Source: Coriobacteriaceae bacterium
GTDB lineage: Bacteria > Bacillota > Clostridia > Oscillospirales > Ruminococcaceae
Direction: 5' to 3'
DNA length: 64,000 bases
Assembly (NCBI GenBank): GCA_963588145.1
Contig: CAVAGJ010000005.1
Coordinates: 8,726 to 72,725, forward strand
Positions 18,756-28,922 of the stretch are shown here, in pieces (the stretch's first letter is position 1; each line of letters opens with the position of its first letter). A program made the translations under genes and the position numbers. A model generated the notes under the pieces. That model was not told the origin of the DNA. It did not search any database and saw only the letters and a program-made list of their open reading frames with translations.

Positions 18756-19943
18756 ATGCAGTTTACGGAACTTACCCGCGTTGCGCCCGAGATCCTGCAG
18801 GCTACGCAGGCCATGGGCTTTACCGAAATGACCGAGATCCAGGAGAAAGCCATCCCCCTGATGCTGGACGGCCATGATATGATCGCCAAAGCGCCCACCG
18901 GCACCGGCAAGACTGTCGCGTTTGGCATCCCCATCCTGTCCACGGTGGACCCCGCCAGCCTGAAGCCCCAGGCTGTGATTTTAAGCCCCACCCGCGAACT
19001 GGCCCAGCAGATTGCCCAGGACCTGCAAAATCTGGCGCAGTTTCTGCCGGACATTAAAATCGTCTGCGTGTACGGCGGTGCCGGGCTGGACAAGCAGCAG
19101 CGCCAGCTGAAAGCGGGCTGCCAGATCGTAGTCGCCACCCCCGGCCGCCTGATGGACCATTACCGCCACCGCGCCATCGATGTTTCCCACGTGGAGACCA
19201 TCGTGCTGGACGAGGCCGACGAGATGCTGAACATGGGCTTCTACAAGGACGTTAAGCAGATCATCGACACAATGAAGAACCGCAAAAGCCTTTCGATGTT
19301 CTCGGCTACCATCAGCCGCGAGGTGCTGGACATCGGCTGGCTGTACCAGCACAATGCCGCCGAGGTCAGCGTACAACCGGTGGAGAATTCCAGCCCCAAA
19401 ATTGCCCAGTACAGACTGCTGACCACCGGCCGCGACAAGCTGGCCGATGCCGCACAGATCATCATCGGCGAGGGGTACAAGCGGGTGATGATCTTCTGCA
19501 ACACCAAGTACAACACCGGCATGCTGGCTAATCAGTTGGCACGCCTGAACTTTAACGTAGACTGCCTGCACGGCGACCTGTCCCAGGCGGAGCGCAACCG
19601 CATTATGACGCGTTTTAAGGCTGGCGAGATCAGTGTGCTTGTTGCCACCGATGTGGCCGCCCGCGGCATTGATGTTTCGGACGTGGATGCCGTTATCAAC
19701 TATGACGTGCCCGAGGAAAACGAGCACTACACCCACCGCATTGGCCGCACGGGCCGCGCCCGCAAGCAGGGCGCGAGCTATCTGTTCTACACCAAAGACG
19801 AACAGAAGCGCGTAGACCAACTGCTGCGCCTGACCCGCAACACCGATGACTGCAAGAGCGTGAAGTTTGATTTCAACCACGAAAAACTGGTGGTCGAGGA
19901 GAGCGCCCCGGCGGATAAGTTCCAGATCAAGTGCTATTTCTGA
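18756..19943 (+). CDS. DEAD-box RNA helicase
   Basis: Q motif, APTGTGKT, PTRELA, TPGR, DEAD, SAT, ARGID, HRIGRTGR. Confidence 0.95.
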   Translation: MQFTELTRVAPEILQATQAMGFTEMTEIQEKAIPLMLDGHDMIAKAPTGTGKTVAFGIPILSTVDPASLKPQAVILSPTRELAQQIAQDLQNLAQFLPDIKIVCVYGGAGLDKQQRQLKAGCQIVVATPGRLMDHYRHRAIDVSHVETIVLDEADEMLNMGFYKDVKQIIDTMKNRKSLSMFSATISREVLDIGWLYQHNAAEVSVQPVENSSPKIAQYRLLTTGRDKLADAAQIIIGEGYKRVMIFCNTKYNTGMLANQLARLNFNVDCLHGDLSQAERNRIMTRFKAGEISVLVATDVAARGIDVSDVDAVINYDVPEENEHYTHRIGRTGRARKQGASYLFYTKDEQKRVDQLLRLTRNTDDCKSVKFDFNHEKLVVEESAPADKFQIKCYF

Positions 19944-19970
19944 TTGTTTATTTTACTATGTTGCTATTCG

Positions 19971-20001
19971 GGCATCACCACCATGCGGTGATGCCTTTTT
20001 T
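19971..20001 (+). terminator. Intrinsic terminator
   Basis: GGCATCACC...GGTGATGCC followed by TTTTTT. Confidence 0.8.
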
Positions 20002-20242
20002 AGTGGAATTTTGCCGTCATGGTGAACGATATCCATCCCTGAATTCTAGCGCACCACCGTTTTCATCCTACAACGGCAAGGGTATCTCTTATTACGCATT
20101 GCACTTCCTAACTCCATATAATTTGCTCCCCCACGGGGACCGGCTTTTCTGCGCCCTTTTTTCAGGGCCGCTTACGGTAGGTTGTTTCAAACTTACTCCT
20201 CAGACAACCTTTATATTTTTTTATCCCATCACATCACCAAAA

Positions 20243-20372
20243 TGCAGGGAGGCGGCCAGTGGCCGCCCGTAAAATCAGCGACAGCGCAAGGCTCCACGGG
20301 CGCATATGGAATGCGCCCCTGCAAATCAACATTAGCGCAAAGTCCTAGGGGCGAGCATTGCTCGCCCCTACA
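20243..20372. repeat. Cluster of three GTAG-type REP-like palindromes
   Basis: TGCAGGGAGGCGGCCAGTGGCCGCCCGT; ACGGGCGCATATGGAATGCGCCCCTGCA; TAGGGGCGAGCATTGCTCGCCCCTACA. Confidence 0.75.
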
Positions 20373-20386
20373 GTAAGGTTAGCATT

Positions 20387-21478
20387 TTACTCGTAAATTT
20401 CCGCAACCGGGGTCAGCCACAGGATGAAATCCTCACCGGAATAACATTCCATCGTCAGGGTGTCACCCACGGTCAGGGTCAGGTTGTGGAAGGTGGTCGT
20501 GCCGCTGTTGGCCGTCCCGTAATAGGTCAGGTGATACGAGTTCTGGGTATCCCAGCCCAGACAGCCGATGCCCTGGGACCAGTTCACATCATACACACCC
20601 GCCGGGATCTCCTGTCCCACGGTGTAGTCTTGGGTATTATCGCCCCAGGCGCGCAGTTCAATGGACTCACCTGCCGGGTTTCCATAGGGTTCGGGCAGGG
20701 TGTCCAGCTGGGCATTGTCAGTTTCCAGGGTCAGGCTCCCGCTGCCCTCTACCCACAGGGTGCCACCCGTCGCCAGCTGCACGTTGGTCAGCACCAGTTC
20801 CGGTTCTCCGTTCTCGGGGCAGTTGAGCAGAGTGGTCCGGTACCAGAGGTTTGTGTCATCATCATGGTTCACGGTCAGCGAGCTTCCCTCATCGGGGATG
20901 ATGGTGTAGACACCTGCAGGGATCTGCTTGCCAATGGTGTAATAGCCCGGCTCCAGCTGGCAGCCGTAGCTTTGGTCTGTAGAGGGCAAGCCCCAGTCCA
21001 GCCCCTCGTAGGGGTTGACACCAGTCATGTCCTCAGCAGGAGCTTCGGCCTCGGTGTAGCCGATGCTGCCAACCAGGCCCGTCAAGCTGTAGGCCGCCCG
21101 TGCGGCCAGGTTGAACAGCAACGGCAACAGAGCCAGGCCGAAGATGATAAGGGTGACCAGCCACCCGCCCCGGCGCTTATTCCTCTGGGGTCGGTGACGC
21201 TGCGGCTTTGCCTGGTACGCCGGGCGGGCCGGGGCATGCAGATGCGCCCGCGCCCCCTCCAGGTCGATGTGGTCCTGCTCGTCCTCGGAGTCACAGGTAT
21301 AGACGGGATCCTTGCCTGCAGCCGAACGCATACGGTGCAACACTTCCTCGCCGTTGACCTTGTGGGTGTGGGCGCCTTCGCTGCGCAGAGTATAGTGCGG
21401 TTTTTCCGGGTAAGGCATGCCGCAGTCCACACACCGGTGATCAACGATCTTGCCGCCGCATAAGCTGCACTTTTCCAT
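20387..21478 (-). CDS. Single-pass membrane protein: N-terminal Zn ribbon, TM helix, acidic extracytoplasmic domain with two internal repeats
   Basis: CSLC...CVDC; TM GWLVTLIIFGLALLPLLF; repeats YTIGKQIPAGVY and YTVGQEIPAGVY; GGAGG RBS before ATG 21478. Confidence 0.7.
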   Translation of the reverse strand: MEKCSLCGGKIVDHRCVDCGMPYPEKPHYTLRSEGAHTHKVNGEEVLHRMRSAAGKDPVYTCDSEDEQDHIDLEGARAHLHAPARPAYQAKPQRHRPQRNKRRGGWLVTLIIFGLALLPLLFNLAARAAYSLTGLVGSIGYTEAEAPAEDMTGVNPYEGLDWGLPSTDQSYGCQLEPGYYTIGKQIPAGVYTIIPDEGSSLTVNHDDDTNLWYRTTLLNCPENGEPELVLTNVQLATGGTLWVEGSGSLTLETDNAQLDTLPEPYGNPAGESIELRAWGDNTQDYTVGQEIPAGVYDVNWSQGIGCLGWDTQNSYHLTYYGTANSGTTTFHNLTLTVGDTLTMECYSGEDFILWLTPVAEIYE

Positions 21479-21602
21479 AGGGACACCTCCTGGCACATAA
21501 AATTGCAATTTATATTATAGTAGATGCCACCCCAGATGTAAACGAAAAAAGCCGGAGAAAACGCGAAATCTCACGGTTTCTCCGGCAAAAAGGGGAATTT
21601 TC

Positions 21603-22778
21603 TCAATATCCGTTGGCGGCACGTTTGGCGGCAGTCTTGCGGTGCAGAGCGCGGGACATGGCGGCCATCAGCACCAACGCGGCCAGCAGATACCACGGGT
21701 ACAAACTGATGCTGATATACTGGGCCACCAGCCCGAACAGCGGCGGGAACACCACGTTGCCCACGTAGGCGGCGGCCATCTGCACACCGGTTAGGGCCAT
21801 GCTTAAGTTTCGGCCAAAATTCAGCGGCGTTTCGTGGATAACGCTGGGGTAGATAGGTGCGCAGCCCAAGCCCACCGTGACCAGCCCTACCACCAGCGCA
21901 CCGTTGCCCAGCGGCAGCAGAATGGGCAGGATGCCCAGTGCCACCAGCACAAAGCCCATGTTGATCATCTGGTGGTCGTTGAGTTTCATCGCAATAAAAC
22001 CGCTTAAAAAACGCCCTACCGTGATGCCCATATAAAACAGGCTAGCCCAGCTGGCAGCAGTGCCTGCATCAATGCCGCGCTGCAACGTACAATAACTGGC
22101 CGCCCACATACCTGCCGTAGTCTCGACCACCGAGTAGCAGGCAAACATAACCATAACCTCTGGCACACCGGGTACTTTCATCAACTGGGGCAGGGTTCGG
22201 TGCTCGCGCACCACTTCCTCGCCGGTCTCCTCGCCCGGCTTTTTCCACAGCGGCAGGCTGAAAATGATGATGGCGGTCAGCACCATTTGCAGCACCGAAA
22301 TGATCCGGTAGCCGCTTTGCCAGCTGCTGCGGGCTAGCGCCCAGCCCATAATGACCGGGCCGCCGCTGGCCCCCAGACCCCACATGCAATGCAGCCAACT
22401 CATGTGGCGGCTCTCGTAATGCAGGGCAACGTAGTTGTTAAGGGCTGCATCCACGCTGCCCGCACCCAGGCCGTAAGGCACAGCCCACAGGCACAGCTGC
22501 CAAAACGCCGTGCAGGTGGAAAAGCCGAACAGCGCCGCAGCCGTCATGCCCACGCTGATAGCCGTGACCTTGCCGGGGCCAAGGCGGGCGGTAAGCGTAT
22601 CGCTGGCCAGGCTGGACACCACCGTACCGGCGGAGATAATCATGGAAATCACACCCGCCCAGGACAGGCCTGCACCCAAACCCTGGTACATGCTGGGCCA
22701 GGCCGCGCCCAGCAGCGCATCCGGCAGGCCCAAGCTGATAAAAGCTAAATAAATTACAGGGAGCAGCAGCGAAATCAT
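21603..22778 (-). CDS. MFS transporter (FucP-like)
   Basis: LGLPDALLGAAWP, DAALNNYVA, GCAPIYP; about 12 TM. Confidence 0.88.
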   Translation of the reverse strand: MISLLLPVIYLAFISLGLPDALLGAAWPSMYQGLGAGLSWAGVISMIISAGTVVSSLASDTLTARLGPGKVTAISVGMTAAALFGFSTCTAFWQLCLWAVPYGLGAGSVDAALNNYVALHYESRHMSWLHCMWGLGASGGPVIMGWALARSSWQSGYRIISVLQMVLTAIIIFSLPLWKKPGEETGEEVVREHRTLPQLMKVPGVPEVMVMFACYSVVETTAGMWAASYCTLQRGIDAGTAASWASLFYMGITVGRFLSGFIAMKLNDHQMINMGFVLVALGILPILLPLGNGALVVGLVTVGLGCAPIYPSVIHETPLNFGRNLSMALTGVQMAAAYVGNVVFPPLFGLVAQYISISLYPWYLLAALVLMAAMSRALHRKTAAKRAANGY

Positions 22779-22900
22779 AAAATTTTTCTCCTTGACAGAC
22801 GTTTTTGCTTTCGCTATGATTATATCATCAAAGTTGGTGGATGTATTGCACTATTTCGCCAAATCAGTAGGATTATTTCACCAGAAAAGAAGGGTTTTCC

Positions 22901-23803
22901 ATGGCTTTATCTTCCTGCGATACCGCGACCGATGCCGCCGGGCGGGAACTGACAGCCCACGGCACTGCGGCGTTTCCCATTGCCTGTTACCACGATGACC
23001 TGGAAGCCGAGCCTGTACCCTGGCACTGGCACGAGGAAGTGGAACTGATGGTCGCCAGCGAGGGCGGTATACTGGCGGCGGCCGCCGGGGAAAAGTACCA
23101 GCTGGACGAGGGCGATGGCCTTTTCATCAACGCGGGGGTGCTGCACGCCGATTGGCCGCTATTTTCCGGGCGCTGCCGTCTGCACAGTGTCGTATTCCAT
23201 CCCCGACTGGTGGGCGGCAGCCCGGACAGCGTGTTTTGGCAGAAATATCTGCAGCCGCTGCTGACCGACCCCTGCCGACCCTGTGCTGTACTGCGCCGCA
23301 GCGTGGACTGGCAGCGGGAAACGATAGACTGCATGGAGCGGGCGTTCCGCGCCGTGGTCAACGAGATACCGGGGTACGAGTTCAAGACGCGGGCCGCGCT
23401 TTCCGAGATGATGTACCTGCTTGTGACCCGCGCCCCTGCCATGCGCGCCGTGCCCAAAAAGGCGCTGCGCAGCGCCGACCGCATCAAAACGATGCTGCAA
23501 TTTGTGCAGACCCATTATGCCGAGGACCTGACGGTGGAGCAGATTGCCGCCAGCGCGTCCATCAGCCCCAGCGAGTGCCTGCGGTGCTTCCACGATATGA
23601 TCGGCACCACGCCCAACCAATACCTGCGCGGCCAGCGCCTGCAGCGCGCCGCTGAACTGCTGTGCGGCACCACCCTGCAGGTAACGGCCATCGCCGCCCA
23701 ATGCGGGTTTGAGGATTCCAGTTACTTTGCAAGGTCGTTCCGGCAGTTATACGGCTGCGGCCCGACAGAGTTCCGGCGCAGAGCACTGCGGACGGGACAA
23801 TAA
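22901..23803 (+). CDS. AraC family transcriptional regulator
   Basis: Cupin WHWHEE; C-terminal IAAQCGFEDSSYFARSFR; divergent from the MFS gene. Confidence 0.93.
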   Translation: MALSSCDTATDAAGRELTAHGTAAFPIACYHDDLEAEPVPWHWHEEVELMVASEGGILAAAAGEKYQLDEGDGLFINAGVLHADWPLFSGRCRLHSVVFHPRLVGGSPDSVFWQKYLQPLLTDPCRPCAVLRRSVDWQRETIDCMERAFRAVVNEIPGYEFKTRAALSEMMYLLVTRAPAMRAVPKKALRSADRIKTMLQFVQTHYAEDLTVEQIAASASISPSECLRCFHDMIGTTPNQYLRGQRLQRAAELLCGTTLQVTAIAAQCGFEDSSYFARSFRQLYGCGPTEFRRRALRTGQ

Positions 23804-23849
23804 AAACACACAATAACTCCCTGCTCTTTCGGGCAGGGAGTTGCTTGTT

Positions 23850-26096
23850 TTAGTGGTTCTTATAGTAGTTGATGAGACAGCCATCGGCCAAAATCTGTCG
23901 TTCGGCATCAGTCATGACACCAAGGCGGACGCGGAACTCTACCAGGCCGCCATCGGATTTGATGGCGATGGCCGTCATCTCATCAGCGGCTTCCAGCAGG
24001 GCCTTGCGGATGCCGGGCAGGTAGACGTAGTCGCCGTTGTCCAGCACGTTGGGGGTGTCCAGCAGGAAGGGCAGCATGCCCCAGTTGATGCAGTTGGAGC
24101 GGTAACGCTTGGTGGCATACTCGCAGGCAAAGTTGGCAGCACCGCCCAGCACACGCTGGCAGCTGGCGGCCTGCTCGCGGGCCGAGCCATCGCCGGGCTT
24201 GTTGGCAAAAATGGCCGAGCCGATGTTGGTGTGGGCCGCATCCGGGTGGTAGCCCAGCGCCTTGACCTGGGCGTAGACCACGGTGATCTCATCGGGCACT
24301 TCGCCCGCCAGGCGCTCATTATCCAGGGCCTTTACCGCCTTGGCATTGGGCACGTAGGCCGGGTCCTTGCGAGAGAGGGTGAACTCTGCCAGGCGCAGCG
24401 GGTTGGAGCGGAAAGAAGAAGTCTCTCCCGAGGGGATCAGCTCATCGGTGGTGGTGACGGGGTCGGTGATGTAGCTGACGATCTTGACCAGCAGGTCATT
24501 GGACAGAGCAGGCTGCTCCGGCCAATCCTTGATGTTGGGACCGAATTTCAGCTCGTAATCCGGCTCCGGGTGGCCCCAGCCGTTGTAGATGCGCTTATCG
24601 TACACGCCCTGGTCAAAGTAGTAGCCGGGGGTGGTGTACTCCACGTCCGTCAGCTCGCTGGCGGCGGTCAGATAGCCGCCGTTGGCCGCTGTGGCGGCGA
24701 TAGAACGGGCATCCATCAACGCCACCGCGCTGATCTGCCCCTCGCCGGGCTTGGAGCCCTCGCGGTTGGGGAAGTTGCGGGTGGTGTGGCGGATGGAGAA
24801 CTCGCCGTTGGCCGGGGTGTCGCCCGCGCCGAAGCAGGGGCCGCAGAAGCACTCGCGGAAGATGCCGCCTGCGGAGACAATATCCGCTACAGCGCCGTTT
24901 TTGACCAGTTCCAGGTAGGTGGGCATGCTGTCCGGGTAGACGCTGAACTTGAACGCGCCATTGCCGCAGCTCTTGCCGCGGATGATGTCCGCTACCGCGC
25001 AGATATTCTCATAGGTACCGCCGGAGCAGCCTGCCACAACGCCCTGCTCCACATAGATACGGCCATCGGGGCAGATCTTTCCCACCAGGTCCATCTGGAC
25101 TTTGCCGCCCAGCTGCTTGTTTGCCTGATCCTCGGCCGCCTGCAGAATTTCTTTGGCGTCGGCTTTCAGTTCGCGGATGGGGTAGGCGTAGCTGGGGTGC
25201 ATCGGCAGAGCGATCATGCACTCAACAGTGGAGAGGTCCAGTTCGATGCAGCCATCGTAGTAGGCTACACCGGCAGGGCGCAGTTCCTTATAGGCTTCGG
25301 GTCGGTTGTGCTGCTCGAAGTATTCTTTCGTAACATCGTCTGTCTGCCAGATGGAGGACCAGCAGGTGGTCTCGGTGGTCATGACATCGATGCCGTTGCG
25401 GTAATCGGCGGAGAGGTTTGCCACGCCGGGGCCGACAAACTCCATGACCTTGTTCTTCACGTAGCCGTTGGCGTAGGTGGCTGCCACCAGCGCCAGGGCT
25501 ACATCGTGGGGGCCAACACCGGGATTGGGTTTGCCGGTCAGGTAGATGGCTACCACGCCAGGGTAGGCCATATCATAAGTACGGCCCACCAGCTGTTTCG
25601 CCAGCTCGCCACCGCCCTCGCCCACCGCCATGGTACCCAAGGCACCGTAGCGGGTGTGGGAGTCGGAACCCAAAATCATGCGGCCGCAGCCGGACATCAT
25701 TTCCCGGTTATAGCTATGGATGACAGCCATGTTCGGCGGAACATAGATGCCGCCGTATTTGTGGGCGGCGGAGAGGGCGAATTGGTGGTCATCCTCGTTG
25801 ATAGTGCCGCCGACCGCGCACAGGCTGTTGTGGCAGTTGGTCATGACGTAGGGCAGCGGGAATTCTTTCATGCCGGAGGCGCGGGCCGTCTGGATGATGC
25901 CGACATAGGTGATGTCGTGGCTGGTCATCGAGTCAAACTTCATACGCAGATCCCGCATGGAATCACCGGTGTTATGTGCTTTTAGGATGCCGTAGGCGAT
26001 GGTGCCCTTTTTGGCTTCTGTCTCGGTCACGCCTGCCGGGGCTTCCACCTGGGGCACACCGTTGACGAGGTATACGCCGGTATCGTGCAGTTTCAT
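23850..26096 (-). CDS. Aconitase-family [4Fe-4S] hydratase (YbhJ-like), probable aconitase
   Basis: SHDITY, TNCHN, GSDSHT, GCSGG and CGPCFG cluster ligands, TRNFPNREG, TTDELIP, GSAREQAA; downstream of the IDH-family gene. Confidence 0.85.
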   Translation of the reverse strand: MKLHDTGVYLVNGVPQVEAPAGVTETEAKKGTIAYGILKAHNTGDSMRDLRMKFDSMTSHDITYVGIIQTARASGMKEFPLPYVMTNCHNSLCAVGGTINEDDHQFALSAAHKYGGIYVPPNMAVIHSYNREMMSGCGRMILGSDSHTRYGALGTMAVGEGGGELAKQLVGRTYDMAYPGVVAIYLTGKPNPGVGPHDVALALVAATYANGYVKNKVMEFVGPGVANLSADYRNGIDVMTTETTCWSSIWQTDDVTKEYFEQHNRPEAYKELRPAGVAYYDGCIELDLSTVECMIALPMHPSYAYPIRELKADAKEILQAAEDQANKQLGGKVQMDLVGKICPDGRIYVEQGVVAGCSGGTYENICAVADIIRGKSCGNGAFKFSVYPDSMPTYLELVKNGAVADIVSAGGIFRECFCGPCFGAGDTPANGEFSIRHTTRNFPNREGSKPGEGQISAVALMDARSIAATAANGGYLTAASELTDVEYTTPGYYFDQGVYDKRIYNGWGHPEPDYELKFGPNIKDWPEQPALSNDLLVKIVSYITDPVTTTDELIPSGETSSFRSNPLRLAEFTLSRKDPAYVPNAKAVKALDNERLAGEVPDEITVVYAQVKALGYHPDAAHTNIGSAIFANKPGDGSAREQAASCQRVLGGAANFACEYATKRYRSNCINWGMLPFLLDTPNVLDNGDYVYLPGIRKALLEAADEMTAIAIKSDGGLVEFRVRLGVMTDAERQILADGCLINYYKNH

Positions 26097-26128
26097 AGGC
26101 TTCTCTCCTTGCCTTTCATTTTAGAAAA

Positions 26129-27121
26129 TCACAGCCGGGCGATGACGGCCTGGGTGAATTCTTTGGTACCGGCCGTGCCGCCGATGTCAGCGGTAACGAC
26201 CTTGCCCTCGGCCACCTGGGCCTGGATGGCGGCGTTGAGCTTGTCCGCCTTATCGGTCATGCCCAGATCGTTCAGCATCATGGCAAAGGCCATCAGGATG
26301 GCGCTGGGGTTGGCTTTGTCCTGGCCTGCAATGTCGGGGGCGGAGCCGTGGACGGCCTCGTAAATACGCGTTTTATCGCCGATGTTGGCGCTGGGGGCGA
26401 AGCCCAGGCCGCCCACCAGACCGGCGCACAGGTCGCTGATGATGTCGCCGTAGAGGTTGGGAGCGACCAGCACGTCGAACTGCTCGGGGCGCTGCACCAG
26501 CTTCATGCACAGGGCATCGATGATGCAGTCGTTGGCTTCGATGTCGGGGTAGTCCTCGGCCACCTCGCGGAAGGTGCGCAGGAAAAGGCCGTCGGTCAGC
26601 TTCATGATGTTGGCCTTATGCACGGCGGTGACTTTTTTGCGGCCGTTTTTCTGGGCGTAGTCAAAGGCAAAGCGGCAGATCTTCTCGCAAGCCGGGCGGG
26701 TGATGAGCTTGACGCCGTTGGCGATGTCGTCGGTGAGCATGTACTCGATGCCCTTATACAGGTCCTCGGTATTCTCGCGCACGATGACAAGGTCGACGTT
26801 CTCAAAGCGGGTGGGTACGCCCGGCAGCGTGTGCACAGGGCGCAGGTTAGCGTAGGTGGCAAAGCGCTGGCGCAGCTGCACGTTGATGCTGCGGAAGCCC
26901 TTGCCGATGGGCGTGGCCGTGGGGCCTTTCAGCGCCCAGCCACACTCCTCGATGGCATCCAGTGTGCCGGGGGCGATCAGCTCACCGCTGACTTCGGCGT
27001 ACTCGGCGCCGGCCTCGCACTCCTGCCATTCAATGCCGGTGTTCAGTGCGGCCGATACGGCACGCACGCTTTCGGCGATCTCGCGGCCAATGCCATCGCC
27101 TGGGATCAGTACAGCTTTCAT
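26129..27121 (-). CDS. icd: Isocitrate/isopropylmalate dehydrogenase family protein, probable NAD-dependent isocitrate dehydrogenase
   Basis: PGDGIG, RSINVQLR, RENTEDLY, HKANIMK, PNLYGDIISD, EAVHGSAPDIAG; clustered with citrate synthase. Confidence 0.82.
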   Translation of the reverse strand: MKAVLIPGDGIGREIAESVRAVSAALNTGIEWQECEAGAEYAEVSGELIAPGTLDAIEECGWALKGPTATPIGKGFRSINVQLRQRFATYANLRPVHTLPGVPTRFENVDLVIVRENTEDLYKGIEYMLTDDIANGVKLITRPACEKICRFAFDYAQKNGRKKVTAVHKANIMKLTDGLFLRTFREVAEDYPDIEANDCIIDALCMKLVQRPEQFDVLVAPNLYGDIISDLCAGLVGGLGFAPSANIGDKTRIYEAVHGSAPDIAGQDKANPSAILMAFAMMLNDLGMTDKADKLNAAIQAQVAEGKVVTADIGGTAGTKEFTQAVIARL

Positions 27122-27444
27122 AAAAATACGTTCCCCTTCCCCTGTTGTTTTACGGCAGTTAAACTGCCGGGATTTTCAGCGAAAATGCTGCAACATATAA
27201 CAACTATATCTGCTTTGGGCCGGTTTGTCAACGCGGTTTTTTATGCAGACCGTGTCAAAACGACTACAGGCTTAATAAAATAAAGTCACACTTTAGCTAT
27301 TGTAGCGATATTTTAAGTTTTTCTTGACGAAATTCCAAATCCGTTATATTATTGTAGCAATCACCCTCGCGGTGGGTGCCTGCGGTGCAGAAACAGGAAA
27401 TTCGTGTGCATGTATAAATATACAAGTTAGAGAGGGGTCTGTCG

Positions 27445-28818
27445 ATGTATTACCCGGATGTACCGGCGCTGGAGCCGGATGAACTGGAGTTGCTTTGCCA
27501 TGAATATGTAGAGCATAACGCCACGCTGGATCCGCACCTGGCGGATCAGATGGGCGTTAAGCGCGGCCTGCGCAACCTGGACGGCACCGGTGTGCTGGCC
27601 GGTATCACCAACGTGTCCAGCGTTATCGGCTATGATAAAAAGGTGGACGGCGCCATTGTGCCCATCCCCGGCCGGTTGGTCTACCGCGGCATCGATCTGG
27701 ATACCCTGGTCGCCGAGGCCGATGCCAGCGACCGCTTTATGTTTGAGGAAGTCATCTGGCTGCTGCTGTTTGGCTCTTTGCCCACGCGGGACCAGTATGC
27801 CAAGTTCCTCAAACTTCTGGAGAACCACCGCGAACTGCCCCGCGGCTTTGCGGACGACATGATCTTAAACTCGCCTTCGCCCAACCTGATGAACAAGATG
27901 GCGCGAAGCGTACTGGCTATGTACAGCTACGATGAGCATGCCGAGGATTCCAGCCTGCCCAACATCCTGCGGCAGAGCATCAACCTGATCGCCGAGCTTC
28001 CTACCATGATGGTGAATGCTTACCAGATCAAGCGCCGCGTTTACGACCGCAACAGCATGTATTTCCACCTGCCCACCGAGGGGCAGAGCACGGCCGAACA
28101 CATCCTGTCTACCTACCGTGCTGACCAGAAGTTCACCCACGAGGAAGCCCGCCTGCTGGATCTGTGCCTGTTGGTCCACGCTGACCACGGCGGCGGTAAC
28201 TGCTCGACCTTTACCTGCCGTGTGCTGTCCAGCTCCGGTACCGATACCTATGCAGCCATCTCGGCGGCCATCGGCGCGCTGAAAGGCCCCAAGCACGGCG
28301 GTGCGAACCTGAAAGTCATGCACCAGCTGGACTACATTTTGGAAAATGTGGAGGACCCCACCAACGATGACGAGATACGGGAATTCCTGCGCAAAATCAT
28401 CCGCAAGGAGCGCGGCGATGGCAGCGGCCTGATCTACGGCATGGGCCACGCGGTCTACACTTTGAGCGACCCCCGCGCCCAGATTTTGAAAACCCACGCC
28501 AAGAACCTGGCCTACAAGAAGGGCTACGATGAGGAGTACGAGATGCTGTGCAGCATCGAGCGGCTGGCTCCTCAGGTATTTGCCGAGGAAAAGCACGGCC
28601 CCAAAAAGGTTTGCGCCAACGTGGACCTGTTCAGTGGCCTGATCTACCGCATGCTGGGCATCAGTGAGGATCTGTTTACCCCGCTGTTCGCCATTGCCCG
28701 TGTGCCTGGCTGGTGTGCTCACCGCGTGGAAGAGGTGGAGTTCGCCAACCGCATCATCCGCCCCGCTTACAAATACGTAGGCCATCCGCAGGAGTATCTG
28801 CCGCTGGAAGAACGGTAA
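27445..28818 (+). CDS. gltA: Citrate synthase
   Basis: HADHGGGNCSTF, GPKHGGAN, GMGHAVY, DPRA, ANVD, IIRP. Confidence 0.92.
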   Translation: MYYPDVPALEPDELELLCHEYVEHNATLDPHLADQMGVKRGLRNLDGTGVLAGITNVSSVIGYDKKVDGAIVPIPGRLVYRGIDLDTLVAEADASDRFMFEEVIWLLLFGSLPTRDQYAKFLKLLENHRELPRGFADDMILNSPSPNLMNKMARSVLAMYSYDEHAEDSSLPNILRQSINLIAELPTMMVNAYQIKRRVYDRNSMYFHLPTEGQSTAEHILSTYRADQKFTHEEARLLDLCLLVHADHGGGNCSTFTCRVLSSSGTDTYAAISAAIGALKGPKHGGANLKVMHQLDYILENVEDPTNDDEIREFLRKIIRKERGDGSGLIYGMGHAVYTLSDPRAQILKTHAKNLAYKKGYDEEYEMLCSIERLAPQVFAEEKHGPKKVCANVDLFSGLIYRMLGISEDLFTPLFAIARVPGWCAHRVEEVEFANRIIRPAYKYVGHPQEYLPLEER

Positions 28819-28886
28819 AATATACAAAAACAGCGAGTTCCCGGAAAGGAAACGGGTACTCGCTGTTTCATTTTATATGCCGCAAT

Positions 28887-28913
28887 TGTAGGGGCGCATT
28901 CTATATCCGCCTG
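28887..28913. repeat. Single GTAG-type REP-like element
   Basis: TGTAGGGGCGCATTCTATATCCGCCTG. Confidence 0.65.
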
Positions 28914-28922
28914 TTTTCAGTG

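Noticed and set aside
20002..20240. Possible sRNA or small ORF after the DEAD helicase
   Set aside because: Only short inverted repeats (TTGCCGT/ACGGCAA; AGGTTGT/ACAACCT) and no convincing promoter, RBS or known motif.
20243..20372. REP clusters or the heptamer run as a CRISPR array
   Set aside because: The units are non-identical and inverted, there is no regular repeat-spacer period, and no cas genes are present.
27361..27444. Riboswitch upstream of citrate synthase (or of glyA/azlC)
   Set aside because: No recognisable aptamer consensus (ZTP, glycine, T-box, SAM) and no terminator/antiterminator pair.
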